Shown: positions 39,901-53,800 of the stretch, one piece after another
Layout: every line of letters begins with the position of its first letter
Numbering within the stretch: the first letter of the stretch is position 1
Assembly: GCA_964057225.1 (NCBI GenBank)
Contig: OZ059898.1
Location: 18,724,001 to 18,788,000, forward strand
Length of the DNA: 64,000 bases
Direction of reading: 5' to 3'
From: Auanema rhodensis
Lineage: Eukaryota; Animalia; Nematoda
Made by a program: the position numbers and the translations under genes
Notes under the pieces: generated by a model
The model's input: only the letters and a program-made list of their open reading frames with translations
The model's database searches: none
Told to the model about the DNA's origin: nothing

Positions 39901-42900
39901 TGCATTTGGTATGTAACTCGCTTCACGTGAAAGATGAAGAGATGCGGTTTTCAAAATTAGATTCCGCATGTCCATATTAGTCTAAAAACAAATTTTTATT
40001 GATATTGGTGCATGGTAACCATGACTTTGAAATTTACGTGAACTTTAATTTATGCTAATTAAGTGTACACGTGATGTGCACTTGGTATGTAACTCGCTTC
40101 ACGTGAAAGATAAAGAGATGCGGTTTTCAAAATTAGATTCCGCATGTCCATATTAGTCTAAAAACAAATTTTTATTGATATTGGTGCATGGTAACCATGA
40201 CTTTGAAATTTACGTGAACTTTAATTTATGCTAATTAAGTGTACACATGATGTGCACTTGGTATGTAACTCGCTTCACGTGAAAGATAAAGAGATGCGGT
40301 TTTCAAAATTAGATTCCGCATGTCCATATTAGTCTAAAAACAAATTTTTATTGATATTGGTGCATGGTAACCATGACTTTGAAATTTACGTGAACTTTAA
40401 TTTATGCTAATTAAGTGTACACGTGATGTGCACTTGGTATGTAACTCGCTTCACGTGAAAGATAAAGAGATGCGGTTTTCAAAATTAGATTCCCCATGTC
40501 CATATTAGTCTAAAAACAAATTTTTATTGATATTGGTGCATGGTAACCATGACTTTGAAATTTACGTGAACTTTAATTTATGCTAATTAAGTGTACACAT
40601 GATGTGCACTTGGTATGTAACTCGCTTCACGAGAAAGATAAAAAGATGCGGTTTTCAAATTTCGATTTAGCGTGTCCATATTAGTCTAAAAACAAATTTT
40701 TATTGATATTGGTGCATGGTAACCATGACTTTGAAATTTACGTGAACTTTAATTTATGCTAATTAAGTGTACACGTGATGTGCACTTGGTATGTAACTCG
40801 CTTCACGTGAAAGATAAAGAGATGCGGTTTTCAAAATTAGATTCCCCATGTCCATATTAGTCTAAAAACATATTTTTATTGATATTGGTGCATGGTAACC
40901 ATGACTTTAAAATTTACGTGTACTTTAATTTATGCTAATTAAGTGTACACATGATGTGCACTTGGTATGTAACTCGCTTCACGTGAAAGATAAAGAGATG
41001 CGGTTTTCAAAATTAGATTCCCCATGTCCATATTAGTCTCAAAACAAATTTTTATTGATATTGGTGCATGGCAACCATGACTTTAAAATTTACGTGTACT
41101 TTAATTTATGCTAATTAAGTGTACACATGATGTGCACTTGGTATGTAACTCGCTTCACGTGAAAGATAAAGTGATGCGGTTTTCAAAATTAGATTCCGCA
41201 TGTCCATATTAGTCTAAAAACAAATTTTTATTGATATTGGTGCATGGTAACCATGACTTTGAAATTTACGTGAACTTTAATTTATGCTAATTAAGTGTAC
41301 ACATGATGTGCACTTGGTATGTAACTCGCTTCACGTGAAAGATAAAGAGATGCGGTTTTCAAAATTAGATTCCGCATGTCCATATTAGTCTAAAAACAAA
41401 TTTTTATTGATATTGGTGCATGGTAACCATGACTTTGAAATTTACGTGAACTTTAATTTATGCTAATTAAGTGTACACGTGATGTGCACTTGGTATGTAA
41501 CTCGCTTCACGTGAAAGATAAAGAGATGCGGTTTTCAAAATTAGATTCCCCATGTCCATATTAGTCTAAAAACAAATTTTTATTGATATTGGTGCATGGT
41601 AACCATGACTTTGAAATTTACGTGAACTTTAATTTATGCTAATTAAGTGTACACATGATGTGCACTTGGTATGTAACTCGCTTCACGAGAAAGATAAAAA
41701 GATGCGGTTTTCAAATTTCGATTTCGCGTGTCCATATTAGTCTAAAAACAAATTTTTATTGATATTGGTGCATGGTAACCATGACTTTGAAATTTACGTG
41801 AACTTTAATTTATGCTAATTAAGTGTACACGTGATGTGCACTTGGTATGTAACTCGCTTCACGTGAAAGATAAAGAGATGCGGTTTTCAAAATTAGATTC
41901 CCCATGTCCATATTAGTCTAAAAACATATTTTTATTGATATTGGTGCATGGTAACCATGACTTTAAAATTTACGTGTACTTTAATTTATGCTAATTAAGT
42001 GTACACATGATGTGCACTTGGTATGTAACTCGCTTCACGTGAAAGATAAAGAGATGCGGTTTTCAAAATTAGATTCCCCATGTCCATATTAGTCTAAAAA
42101 CAAATTTTTATTGATATTGGTGCATGGCAACCATGACTTTAAAATTTACGTGAACTTTAATTTATGCTAATTAAGTGTACACGTGATGTGCACTTGGTAT
42201 GTAAGTCGCTTCACGTGAAAGATAAAGAGATGCGGTTTTCAAAATTAGATTCCCCATGTCCATATTAGTCTAAAAACAAATTCTTATTGATATTGGTGCA
42301 TGGTAACCATGACTATGAAATTTACGTGAACTTTAATTTATGCTAATTAAGTGTACACATGATGTGCACTTGGTATGTAACTCGCTTCACGTCAAAGATA
42401 AAGAGATGCGGTTTTCAAAATTAGATTCCCCATGTCCATATTAGTCTAAAAACATATTTTTATTGATATTGGTGCATGGTAACCATGACTTTGAAATTTA
42501 CGTGAATTTTAATTCATGCTAATTAAGTGTACACGTGATGTGCACTTGGTATGTAACTCGCTTCACGTGAAAGATAAAGAGATGCGGTTTTCAAAATTAG
42601 ATTCCCCATGTCCATATTAGTCTAAAAACAAATTTTTATTGATATTGGTGCATGGTAACCATGACTTTGAAATTTACGTGAACTTTAATTTATGCTAATT
42701 AAGTGTACACATGATGTGCACTTGGTATGTAACTCGCTTCACGAGAAAGATAAAAAGATGCGGTTTTCAAATTTCGATTTCGCGTGTCCATATTAGTCTA
42801 AAAACAAATTTTTATTGATATTGGTGCATGGTAACCATGACTTTGAAATTTACGTGAACTTTAATTTATGCTAATTAAGTGTACACGTGATGTGCACTTG

Positions 42901-45900
42901 GTATGTAACTCGCTTCACGTGAAAGATAAAGAGATGCGGTTTTCAAAATTAGATTCCCCATGTCCATATTAGTCTAAAAACATATTTTTATTGATATTGG
43001 TGCATGGTAACCATGACTTTAAAATTTACGTGTACTTTAATTTATGCTAATTAAGTGTACACATGATGTGCACTTGGTATGTAACTCGCTTCACGTGAAA
43101 GATAAAGAGATGCGGTTTTCAAAATTAGATTCCCCATGTCCATATTAGTCTAAAAACAAATTTTTATTGATATTGGTGCATGGCAACCATGACTTTAAAA
43201 TTTACGTGAACTTTAATTTATGCTAATTAAGTGTACACGTGATGTGCACTTGGTATGTAAGTCGCTTCACGTGAAAGATAAAGAGATGCGGTTTTCAAAA
43301 TTAGATTCCCCATGTCCATATTAGTCTAAAAACAAATTCTTATTGATATTGGTGCATGGTAACCATGACTATGAAATTTACGTGAACTTTAATTTATGCT
43401 AATTAAGTGTACACATGATGTGCACTTGGTATGTAACTCGCTTCACGTCAAAGATAAAGAGATGCGGTTTTCAAAATTAGATTCCCCATGTCCATATTAG
43501 TCTAAAAACATATTTTTATTGATATTGGTGCATGGTAACCATGACTTTGAAATTTACGTGAATTTTAATTCATGCTAATTAAGTGTACACATGATGTGCA
43601 CTTGGTATGTAACTCGCTTCACGTGAAAGATAAAGAGATGCGGTTTTCAAAATTAGATTTCGCATGTCCATATTAGTCTAAAAACAAATTTTTATTGATA
43701 TTGGTGCATGGCAACCATGACTTTAAAATTTACGTGTACTTTAATTTATGCTAATTAAGTGTACACATGATGTGCACTTGGTATGTAACTCGCTTCACGT
43801 GAAAGATAAAGAGATGCGGTTTTCAAAATTAGATTCCCCATGTCCATATTAGTCTAAAAACAAATTTTTATTGATATTGGTGCATGGCAACCATGACTTT
43901 AAAATTTACGTGTACTTTAATTTATGCTAATTAAGTGTACACATGATGTGCACTTGGTATGTAACTCGCTTCACGTGAAAGATAAAGTGATGCGGTTTTC
44001 ACAATTAGATTCCGCATGTCCATATTAGTCTAAAAACAAATTTTTATTGATATTGGTGCATGGTAACCATGACTTTGAAATTTACGTGAACTTTAATTTA
44101 TGCTAATTAAGTGTACACGTGATGTGCACTTGGTATGTAACTCGCTTCACGTGAAAGATAAAGAGATGCGGTTTTCAAAATTAGATTCCCCATGTCCATA
44201 TTAGTCTAAAAACAAATTCTTATTGATATTGGTGCATGGTAACCATGACTTTGAAATTTACGTGAACTTTAATTTATGCTAATTAAGTGTACACGTGATG
44301 TGCACTTGGTATGTAAGTCGCTTCACGTGAAAGATAAAGAGATGCGGTTTTCAAAATTAGATTTCGCGTGTCCATATTAGTCTAAAAACAAATTTTTATT
44401 GATATTGGTGCATGGTAACCATGACTTTGAAATTTACGTGAACTTTAATTTATGCTAATTAAGTGTACACGTGATGTGCACTTGGAATGTAACTCGCTTC
44501 ACGTGAAAGATAAAGAGATGCGGTTTTCAAAATTAGATTCCCCATGTCCATATTAGTCTAAAATCAAATTTTTATTGATATTGGTGCATGGTAACCATGA
44601 CTTTGAAATTTACGTGAACTTTAATTTATGCTAATTAAGTGTACACGTGATGTGCACTTGGAATGTAACTCGCTTCACGTGAAAGATAAAGAGATGCGGT
44701 TTTCAAAATTAGATTCCCCATGTCCATATTAGTCTAAAAACAAATTTTTATTGATATTGGTGCATGGTAACCATGACTTTGAAATTTACGTGAACTTTAA
44801 TTTATGCTAATTAAGTGTACACATGATGTGCACTTGGTATGTAACTCGCTTCACGAGAAAGATAAAAAGATGCGGTTTTCAAAATTAGATTCCCCATGTC
44901 CATATTAGTCTAAAATCAAATTTTTATTGATATTGGTGCATGGTAACCATGACTTTGAAATTTACGTGAACTTTAATTTATGCTAATTAAGTGTACACGT
45001 GATGTGTACTTGGAATGTAACTCGCTTCACGTGAAAGATAAAGAGATGCGGTTTTCAAAATTAGATTCCCCATGTCCATATTAGTCTAAAAACAAATTTT
45101 TATTGATATTGGTGCATGGTAACCATGACTTTAAAATTTACGTGTACTTTAATTTATGCTAATTAAGTGTACACGTGATGTGCACTTGGTATGTAACTCG
45201 CTTCACGTGAAAGATAAAGAGATGAGGTTTCCAAAATTAGATTCCCCATGTCCATATTAGTCTAAAAACAAATTTTTATTGATATTGGTGCATGGTAACC
45301 ATGACTTTGAAATTTACGTGAACTTTAATTTATGCTAATTAAGTGTACACATGATGTGCACTTGGTATGTAACTCGCTTCACGAGAAAGATAAAAAGATG
45401 CGGTTTTCAAATTTAGATTTCGCGTGTCCATATTAGTCTAAAAACAAATTTTAATTGATATTGGTGCATGGTAACCATGACTTTGAAATTTACGTGAACT
45501 TTAATTTATGCTAATTAAGTGTACACGTGATGTGCACTTGGTATGTAACTCGCTTCACGTGAAAGATAAAGAGATGCGGTTTTCAAAATTAGATTCCTCA
45601 TGTTCATATTAGTCTAAAAACGAATTTTTATTGATATTGATGCATGGTAACCATGACTTTAAAATTTACGTGAACTTTAATTTATGCTAATTAAGTGTAC
45701 ACATGATGTGCACTTGGTATGTAACTCGCTTCACGTGAAAGATAAAGTGATGCGGTTTTCAAAATTAGATTCCGCATGTCCATATTAGTCTAAAAACAAA
45801 TTTTTATAGATATTGGTGCATGGTAACCATGACTTTGAAATTTACGTGAACTTTAATTTATGCTAATTAAGTGTACACGTGATGTGCACTTGGTATGTAA

Positions 45901-47519
45901 CTCGCTTCACGTGAAAGATAAAGAGATGCGGTTTTCAAAATTAGATTCCCCATGTCCATATTAGTCTAAAAACAAATTCTTATTGATATTGGTGCATGGT
46001 AACCATGACTTTGAAATTTACGTGAACTTTAATTTATGCTAATTAAGTGTACACGTGATGTGCACTTGGTATGTAAGTCGCTTCACGTGAAAGATAAAGA
46101 GATGCGGTTTTCAAAATTAGATTCCCCATGTCCATATTAGTCTAAAAACAAATTTTTATTGATATTGGTGCATGGCAACCATGACTTTAAAATTTACGTG
46201 TACTTTAATTTATGCTAATTAAGTGTACACGTGATGTGCACTTGGAATGTAACTCGCTTCACGTGAAAGATAAATGGATGCGGTTTTCAAAATTAGATTC
46301 CTCATGTTCATATTAGTCTAAAAACGAATTTTTATTGATATTGATGCATGGTAACCATGACTTTAAAATTTACGTGAACTTTAATTTATGCTAATTAAGT
46401 GTACACATGATGTGCACTTGGTATGTAACTCGCTTCACGAGAAAGATAAAAAGATGCGGTTTTCAAATTTAGATTTCGCGTGTCCATATTAGTCTAAAAA
46501 CAAATTTTTATTGATATTGGTGCATGGTAACCATGACTTTGAAATTTACGTGAACTTTAATTTATGCTAATTAAGTGTACACGTGATGTGCACTTGGTAT
46601 GTAAGTCGCTTCACGTGAAAGATAAAGAGATGCGGTTTTCAAAATTAGATTCCCCATGTCCATATTAGTCTAAAAACAAATTTTTATTGATATTGGTGCA
46701 TGGCAACCATGACTTTAAAATTTACGTGTACTTTAATTTATGCTAATTAAGTGTACACGTGATGTGCACTTGGTATGTAACTCGCTTCACGTGAAAGATA
46801 AAGAGATGAGGTTTCCAAAATTAGATTCCCCATGTCCATATTAGTCTAAAAACAAATTTTTATTGATATTGGTGCATGGTAACCATGACTTTGAAATTTA
46901 CGTGAACTTTAATTTATGCTAATTAAGTGTACACATGATGTGCACTTGGTATGTAACTCGCTTCACGAGAAAGATAAAAAGATGCGGTTTTCAAATTTAG
47001 ATTTCGCGTGTCCATATTAGTCTAAAAACAAATTTTTATTGATATTGGTGCATGGTAACCATGACTTTGAAATTTACGTGAACTTTAATTTATGCTAATT
47101 AAGTGTACACGTGATGTGCACTTGGTATGTAACTCGCTTCACGTGAAAGATAAAGAGATGCGGTTTTCAAAATTAGATTCCTCATGTTCATATTAGTCTA
47201 AAAACGAATTTTTATTGATATTGATGCATGGTAACCATGACTTTAAAATTTACGTGAACTTTAATTTATGCTAATTAAGTGTACACATGATGTGCACTTG
47301 GTATGTAACTCGCTTCACGTCAAAGATAAAGAGATGCGGTTTTCAAAATTAGATTCCCCATGTCCATATTAGTCTAAAAACAAATTTTTATTGATATTGG
47401 TGCATGGTAACCATGACTTTGAAATTTACGTGAACTTTAATTTATGCTAATTAAGTGTACACGTGATGTGCACTTGGTATGTAACTCGCTTCACGTGAAA
47501 GATAAAGAGATGCGGTTTT

Positions 47520-47694
47520 TAAAATTAGATTCCCCATGTCCATATTAGTCTAAAAACATATTTTATTGATATTGATGCATGGTAACCATGACTTTGAAAT
47601 TTACGTGAATTTTAATTTATGCTAATTAAGTGTACACATGATGTGCACTTGGTATGTAACTCGCTTCACGTGAAAGATAAAGTGATGCGGTTTT
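47520..47694. repeat. 175-bp variant monomer, copy 2
   Basis: Same linked variants as 36785-36959. The next monomer begins at 47695. Confidence 0.9.
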
Positions 47695-48574
47695 CAAAAT
47701 TAGATTCCGCATGTCCATATTAGTCTAAAAACAAATTTTTATTGATATTGGTGCATGGTAACCATGACTTTGAAATTTACGTGAACTTTAATTTATGCTA
47801 ATTAAGTGTACACGTGATGTGCACTTGGTATGTAACTCGCTTCACGTGAAAGATAAAGAGATGCGGTTTTCAAAATTAGATTCCCCATGTCCATATTAGT
47901 CTAAAAACAAATTCTTATTGATATTGGTGCATGGTAACCATGACTTTAAAATTTACGTGTACTTTAATTTATGCTAATTAAGTGAACACATGATGTGCAC
48001 TTGGTATGTAAGTCGCTTCACGTGAAAGATAAAGAGATGCGGTTTTCAAAATTAGATTCCGCATGTCCATATTAGTCTAAAAACAAATTTTTATTGATAT
48101 TGGTGCATGGTAACCATGACTTTGAAATTTACGTGAACTTTAATTTATGCTAATTAAGTGTACACATGATGTGCACTTGGTATGTAACTCGCTTCACGAG
48201 AAAGATAAAAAGATGCGGTTTTCAAATTTCGATTTCGCGTGTCCATATTAGTCTAAAAACAAATTTTTATTGATATTGGTGCATGGTAACCATGACTTTG
48301 AAATTTACGTGAACTTTAATTTATGCTAATTAAGTGTACACGTGATGTGCACTTGGTATGTAACTCGCTTCACGTGAAAGATAAAGAGATGCGGTTTTCA
48401 AAATTAGATTCCGCATGTCCATATTAGTCTAAAAACAAATTTTTATTGATATTGGTGCATGGTAACCATGACTTTGAAATTTACGTGAACTTTAATTTAT
48501 GCTAATTAAGTGTACACGTGATGTGCACTTGGTATGTAACTCGCTTCACGTGAAAGATAAAGAGATGCGGTTTT

Positions 48575-48749
48575 TAAAATTAGATTCCCCATGTCCATAT
48601 TAGTCTAAAAAGATATTTTATTGATATTGATGCATGGTAACCATGACTTTGAAATTTACGTGAATTTTAATTTATGCTAATTAAGTGTACACATGATGTG
48701 CACTTGGTATGTAACTCGCTTCACGTGAAAGATAAAGTGATGCGGTTTT
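48575..48749. repeat. 175-bp variant monomer, copy 3
   Basis: Same linked variants plus one private change (AAAAAGATATTTT). The next monomer begins at 48750. Confidence 0.9.
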
Positions 48750-50899
48750 CAAAATTAGATTCCGCATGTCCATATTAGTCTAAAAACAAATTTTTATTGA
48801 TATTGGTGCATGGTAACCATGACTTTGAAATTTACGTGAACTTTAATTTATGCTAATTAAGTGTACACGTGATGTGCACTTGGTATGTAACTCGCTTCAC
48901 GTGAAAGATAAAGAGATGCGGTTTTCAAAATTAGATTCCCCATGTCCATATTAGTCTAAAAACAAATTCTTATTGATATTGGTGCATGGTAACCATGACT
49001 TTAAAATTTACGTGTACTTTAATTTATGCTAATTAAGTGAACACATGATGTGCACTTGGTATGTAAGTCGCTTCACGTGAAAGATAAAGAGATGCGGTTT
49101 TCAAAATTAGATTCCGCATGTCCATATTAGTCTAAAAACAAATTTTTATTGATATTGGTGCATGGTAACCATGACTTTGAAATTTACGTGAACTTTAATT
49201 TATGCTAATTAAGTGTACACGTGATGTGCACTTGGTATGTAACTCGCTTCACGTGAAAGATAAAGAGATGCGGTTTTCAAAATTAGATTCCCCATGTCCA
49301 TATTAGTCTAAAAACAAATTCTTATTGATATTGGTGCATGGTAACCATGACTTTAAAATTTACGTGTACTTTAATTTATGCTAATTAAGTGAACACATGA
49401 TGTGCACTTGGTATGTAAGTCGCTTCACGTGAAAGATAAAGAGATGCGGTTTTCAAAATTAGATTCCGCATGTCCATATTAGTCTAAAAACAAATTTTTA
49501 TTGATATATGTGCATGGTAAACATGACTTTGAAATTTACGTGAACTTTAATTTATGCTAATTAAGTGTACACGTGATGTGCACTTGGTATGTAACTCGCT
49601 TCACGTGAAAGATAAAGAGATGCGGTTTTCAAAATTAGATTCCTCATGTTCATATTAGTCTAAAAACGAATTTTTATTGATATTGATGCATGGTAACCAT
49701 GACTTTAAAATTTACGTGAACTTTAATTTATGCTAATTAAGTGTACACATGATGTGCACTTGGTATGTAACTCGCTTCACGTCAAAGATAAAGAGATGCG
49801 GTTTTCAAAATTACATTCCCCATGTCCATATTAGTCTAAAAACAAATTTTTATTGATATTGGTGCATGGCAACCATGACTTTAAAATTTACGTGTACTTT
49901 AATTTATGCTAATTAAGTGTACACATGATGTGCACTTGGTATGTAACTCGCTTCACGTGAGAGATAAAGTGATGCGGTTTTCAAAATTAGATTCCGCATG
50001 TCCATATTAGTCTAAAAACAAATTTTTATTGATATTGGTGCATGGTAACCATGACTTTGAAATTTACGTGAACTTTAATTTATGCTAATTAAGTGTACAC
50101 GTGATGTGCACTTGGTATGTAACTCGCTTCACGTGAAAGATAAAGAGATGCGGTTTTCAAAATTAGATTCCCCATGTCCATATTAGTCTAAAAACAAATT
50201 CTTATTGATATTGGTGCATGGTAACCATGACTTTAAAATTTACGTGTACTTTAATTTATGCTAATTAAGTGTACACATGATGTGCACTTGGTATGTAAGT
50301 CGCTTCACGTGAAAGATAAAGAGATGCGGTTTCCAAAATTAGATTCCCCATGTCCATATTAGTCTAAAAACAAATTTTTATTGATATTGGTGCATGGTAA
50401 CCATGACTTTGAAATTTACGTGAACTTTAATTTATGCTAATTAAGTGTACACGTGATGTGCACTTGGTATGTAACTCGCTTCATGTGAAAGATAAAGAGA
50501 TGCGGTTTTCAAAATTAGATTCCCCATGTCCATATTAGTCTAAAAACAAATTTTTATTGATATTGGTGCATGGCAACCATGATTTTAAAATTTACGTGTA
50601 CTTTAATTTATGCTAATTAAGTGTACACATGATGTGCACTTGGTATGTAACTCGCTTCACGTGAAAGATAAAGTGATGCGGTTTTCAAAATTAGATTCCG
50701 CATGTCCATATTAGTCTAAAAACAAATTTTTATTGATATTGGTGCATGGTAACCATGACTTTGAAATTTACGTGAACTTTAATTTATGCTAATTAAGTGT
50801 ACACATGATGTGCACTTGGTATGTAACTCGCTTCACGTCAAAGATAAAGAGATGCGGTTTTCAAAATTAGATTCCCCATGTCCATATTAGTCTAAAAAC

Positions 50900-53800
50900 A
50901 AATTTTTATTGATATTGGTGCATGGTAACCATGACTTTGAAATTTACGTGAACTTTAATTTATGCTAATTAAGTGTACACGTGATGTGCACTTGGTATGT
51001 AACTCGCTTCACGAGAAAGATAAAGAGATGCGGTTTTCAAAATTAGATTCCTCATGCCCATATTAGTCTAAAAACAAATTTTTATTGATATTGGTGCATG
51101 GCAACCATGACTTTAAAATTTACGTGTACTTTAATTTATGCTAATTAAGTGTACACATGATGTGCACTTGGTATGTAACTCGCTTCACGTGAAAGATAAA
51201 GTGATGCGGTTTTCAAAATTAGATTCCGCATGTCCATATTAGTCTAAAAACAAATTTTTATTGATATTGGTGCATGGCAACCATGACTTTAAAATTTACG
51301 TGTACTTTAATTTATGCTAATTAAGTGTACACATGATGTGCACTTGGTATGTAACTCGCTTCACGTCAAAGATAAAGAGATGGGGTTTTCAAAATTAGAT
51401 TTCCCATGTCCATATTAGTCTAAAAACAAATTTTTATTAATATTGGTGCATGGTAACCATGACTTTGAAATTTACGTGAACTTTAATTTATGCTTATTAA
51501 GTGTACACGTGATGTGCACTTGGTATGTAACTCGCTTCACGTGAAAGATAAATGGATGCGGTTTTCAAAATTAGATTCCCCATGCCCATATTAGTCTAAA
51601 AACAAATTTTTATTGATATTGGTGCATGGCAACCATGACTTTAAAATTTACGTGTACTTTAATTTATGCTAATTAAGTGTACACATGATGTGCACTTGGT
51701 ATGTAACTCGCTTCACGTCAAAGATAAAGAGATGCGGTTTTCAAAATTAGATTCCCCATGTCCATATTAGTCTAAAAACAAATTTTTATTAATATTGGTG
51801 CATGGTAACCATGACTTTGAAATTTACGTGAACTTTAATTTATGCTAATTAAGTGTACACGTGATGTGCACTTGGTATGTAACTCGCTTCACGAGAAAGA
51901 TAAAGAGATGCGGTTTTCAAAATTAGATTCCTCATGCCCATATTAGTCTAAAAACAAATTTTTATTGATATTGGTGCATGGCAACCATGACTTTAAAATT
52001 TACGTGTACTTTAATTTATGCTAATTAAGTGTACACATGATGTGCACTTGGTATGTAACTCGCTTCACGTGAAAGATAAAGTGATGCGGTTTTCAAAATT
52101 AGATTCCGCATGTCCATATTAGTCTAAAAACAAATTTTTATTGATATTGGTGCATGGCAACCATGACTTTAAAATTTACGTGTACTTTAATTTATGCTAA
52201 TTAAGTGTACACATGATGTGCACTTGGTATGTAACTCGCTTCACGTCAAAGATAAAGAGATGGGGTTTTCAAAATTAGATTCCCCATGTCCATATTAGTC
52301 TAAAAACAAATTTTTATTAATATTGGTGCATGGTAACCATGACTTTGAAATTTACGTGAACTTTAATTTATGCTTATTAAGTGTACACGTGATGTGCACT
52401 TGGTATGTAACTCGCTTCACGTGAAAGATAAAGGGATGCGGTTTTCAAAATTAGATTCCCCATGTCCATATTAGTCTAAAAACAAATTATTATTGATATT
52501 GGTGCATGGTAACCATGACTTTAAAATCAACGTGAACTTTAATTTATGCTAATTAAGTGTACACATGATGTGCACTTGGTATGTAACTCGCTTCACGTGA
52601 AAGATAAAGAGATGCGGTTTTCAAAATTAGATTCCGCATGTCCATATTAGTCTAAAAACAAATTTTTATTGATATTGGTGCATGCTAACCATGACTTTGA
52701 AATTTACGTGAACTTTAATTTATGCTAATTAAGTGTACACGTGATGTGCACTTGGTATGTAACTCGCTTCACGTGAAAGATAAAGAGATGCGGTTTTCAA
52801 AATTAGATTCCCCATGTCCATATTAGTCTAAAAACAAATTTTTATTGATATTGGTGCATGGCAACCATGACTTTAAAATTTACGTGTACTTTAATTTATG
52901 CTAATTAAGTGTACACATGATGTGCACTTGGTATGTAACTCGCTTCACGTGAAAGATAAAGTGATGCGGTTTTCAAAATTAGATTCCGCATGTCCATATT
53001 AGTCTAAAAACAAATTTTTATTGATATTGGTGCATGGTAACCATGACTTTGAAATTTACGTGAACTTTAATTTATGCTAATTAAGTGTACACATGATGTG
53101 CACTTGGTATGTAACTCGCTTCACGTGAAAGATAAAGGGATGCGGTTTTCAAAATTAGATTCCCCATGTCCATATTAGTCTAAAAACAAATTATTATTGA
53201 TATTGGTGCATGCTAACCATGACTTTGAAATTTACGTGAACTTTAATTTATGCTAATTAAGTGTACACGTGATGTGCACTTGGTATGTAACTCGCTTCAC
53301 GTGAAAGATAAAGAGATGCGGTTTTCAAAATTAGATTCCCCATGTCCATATTAGTCTAAAAACAAATTTTTATTGATATTGGTGCATGGCAACCATGACT
53401 TTAAAATTTACGTGTACTTTAATTTATGCTAATTAAGTGTACACATGATGTGCACTTGGTATGTAACTCGCTTCACGTGAAAGATAAAGTGATGCGGTTT
53501 TCAAAATTAGATTCCGCATGTCCATATTAGTCTAAAAACAAATTTTTATTGATATTGGTGCATGGCAACCATGACTTTAAAATTTACGTGTACTTTAATT
53601 TATGCTAATTAAGTGTACACATGATGTGCACTTGGTATGTAACTCGCTTCACGTCAAAGATAAAGAGATGGGGTTTTCAAAATTAGATTCCCCATGTCCA
53701 TATTAGTCTAAAAACAAATTTTTATTAATATTGGTGCATGGTAACCATGACTTTGAAATTTACGTGAACTTTAATTTATGCTTATTAAGTGTACACGTGA

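Larger units (their letters stand above)
23100..49000. repeat. HOR domain 2: large imperfect block duplication (~23.1-37.2 kb vs ~37.55-49 kb) with nested smaller duplications
   Basis: Markers TGTTATTGG 23281/37712, TAGATTTCACG 23591/38022 and GCGATTTTC 24281/38712 share offset 14431 (82x176-1). TCGATTTAGC 25351/40662 and ACTATG 27001/42312 share 15311. GATGTGTACT 33914/45001 has offset 11087. ATAGAT 34191/45806 and ATGAGGTTTCC 35191/46806 share 11615. Confidence 0.8.
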
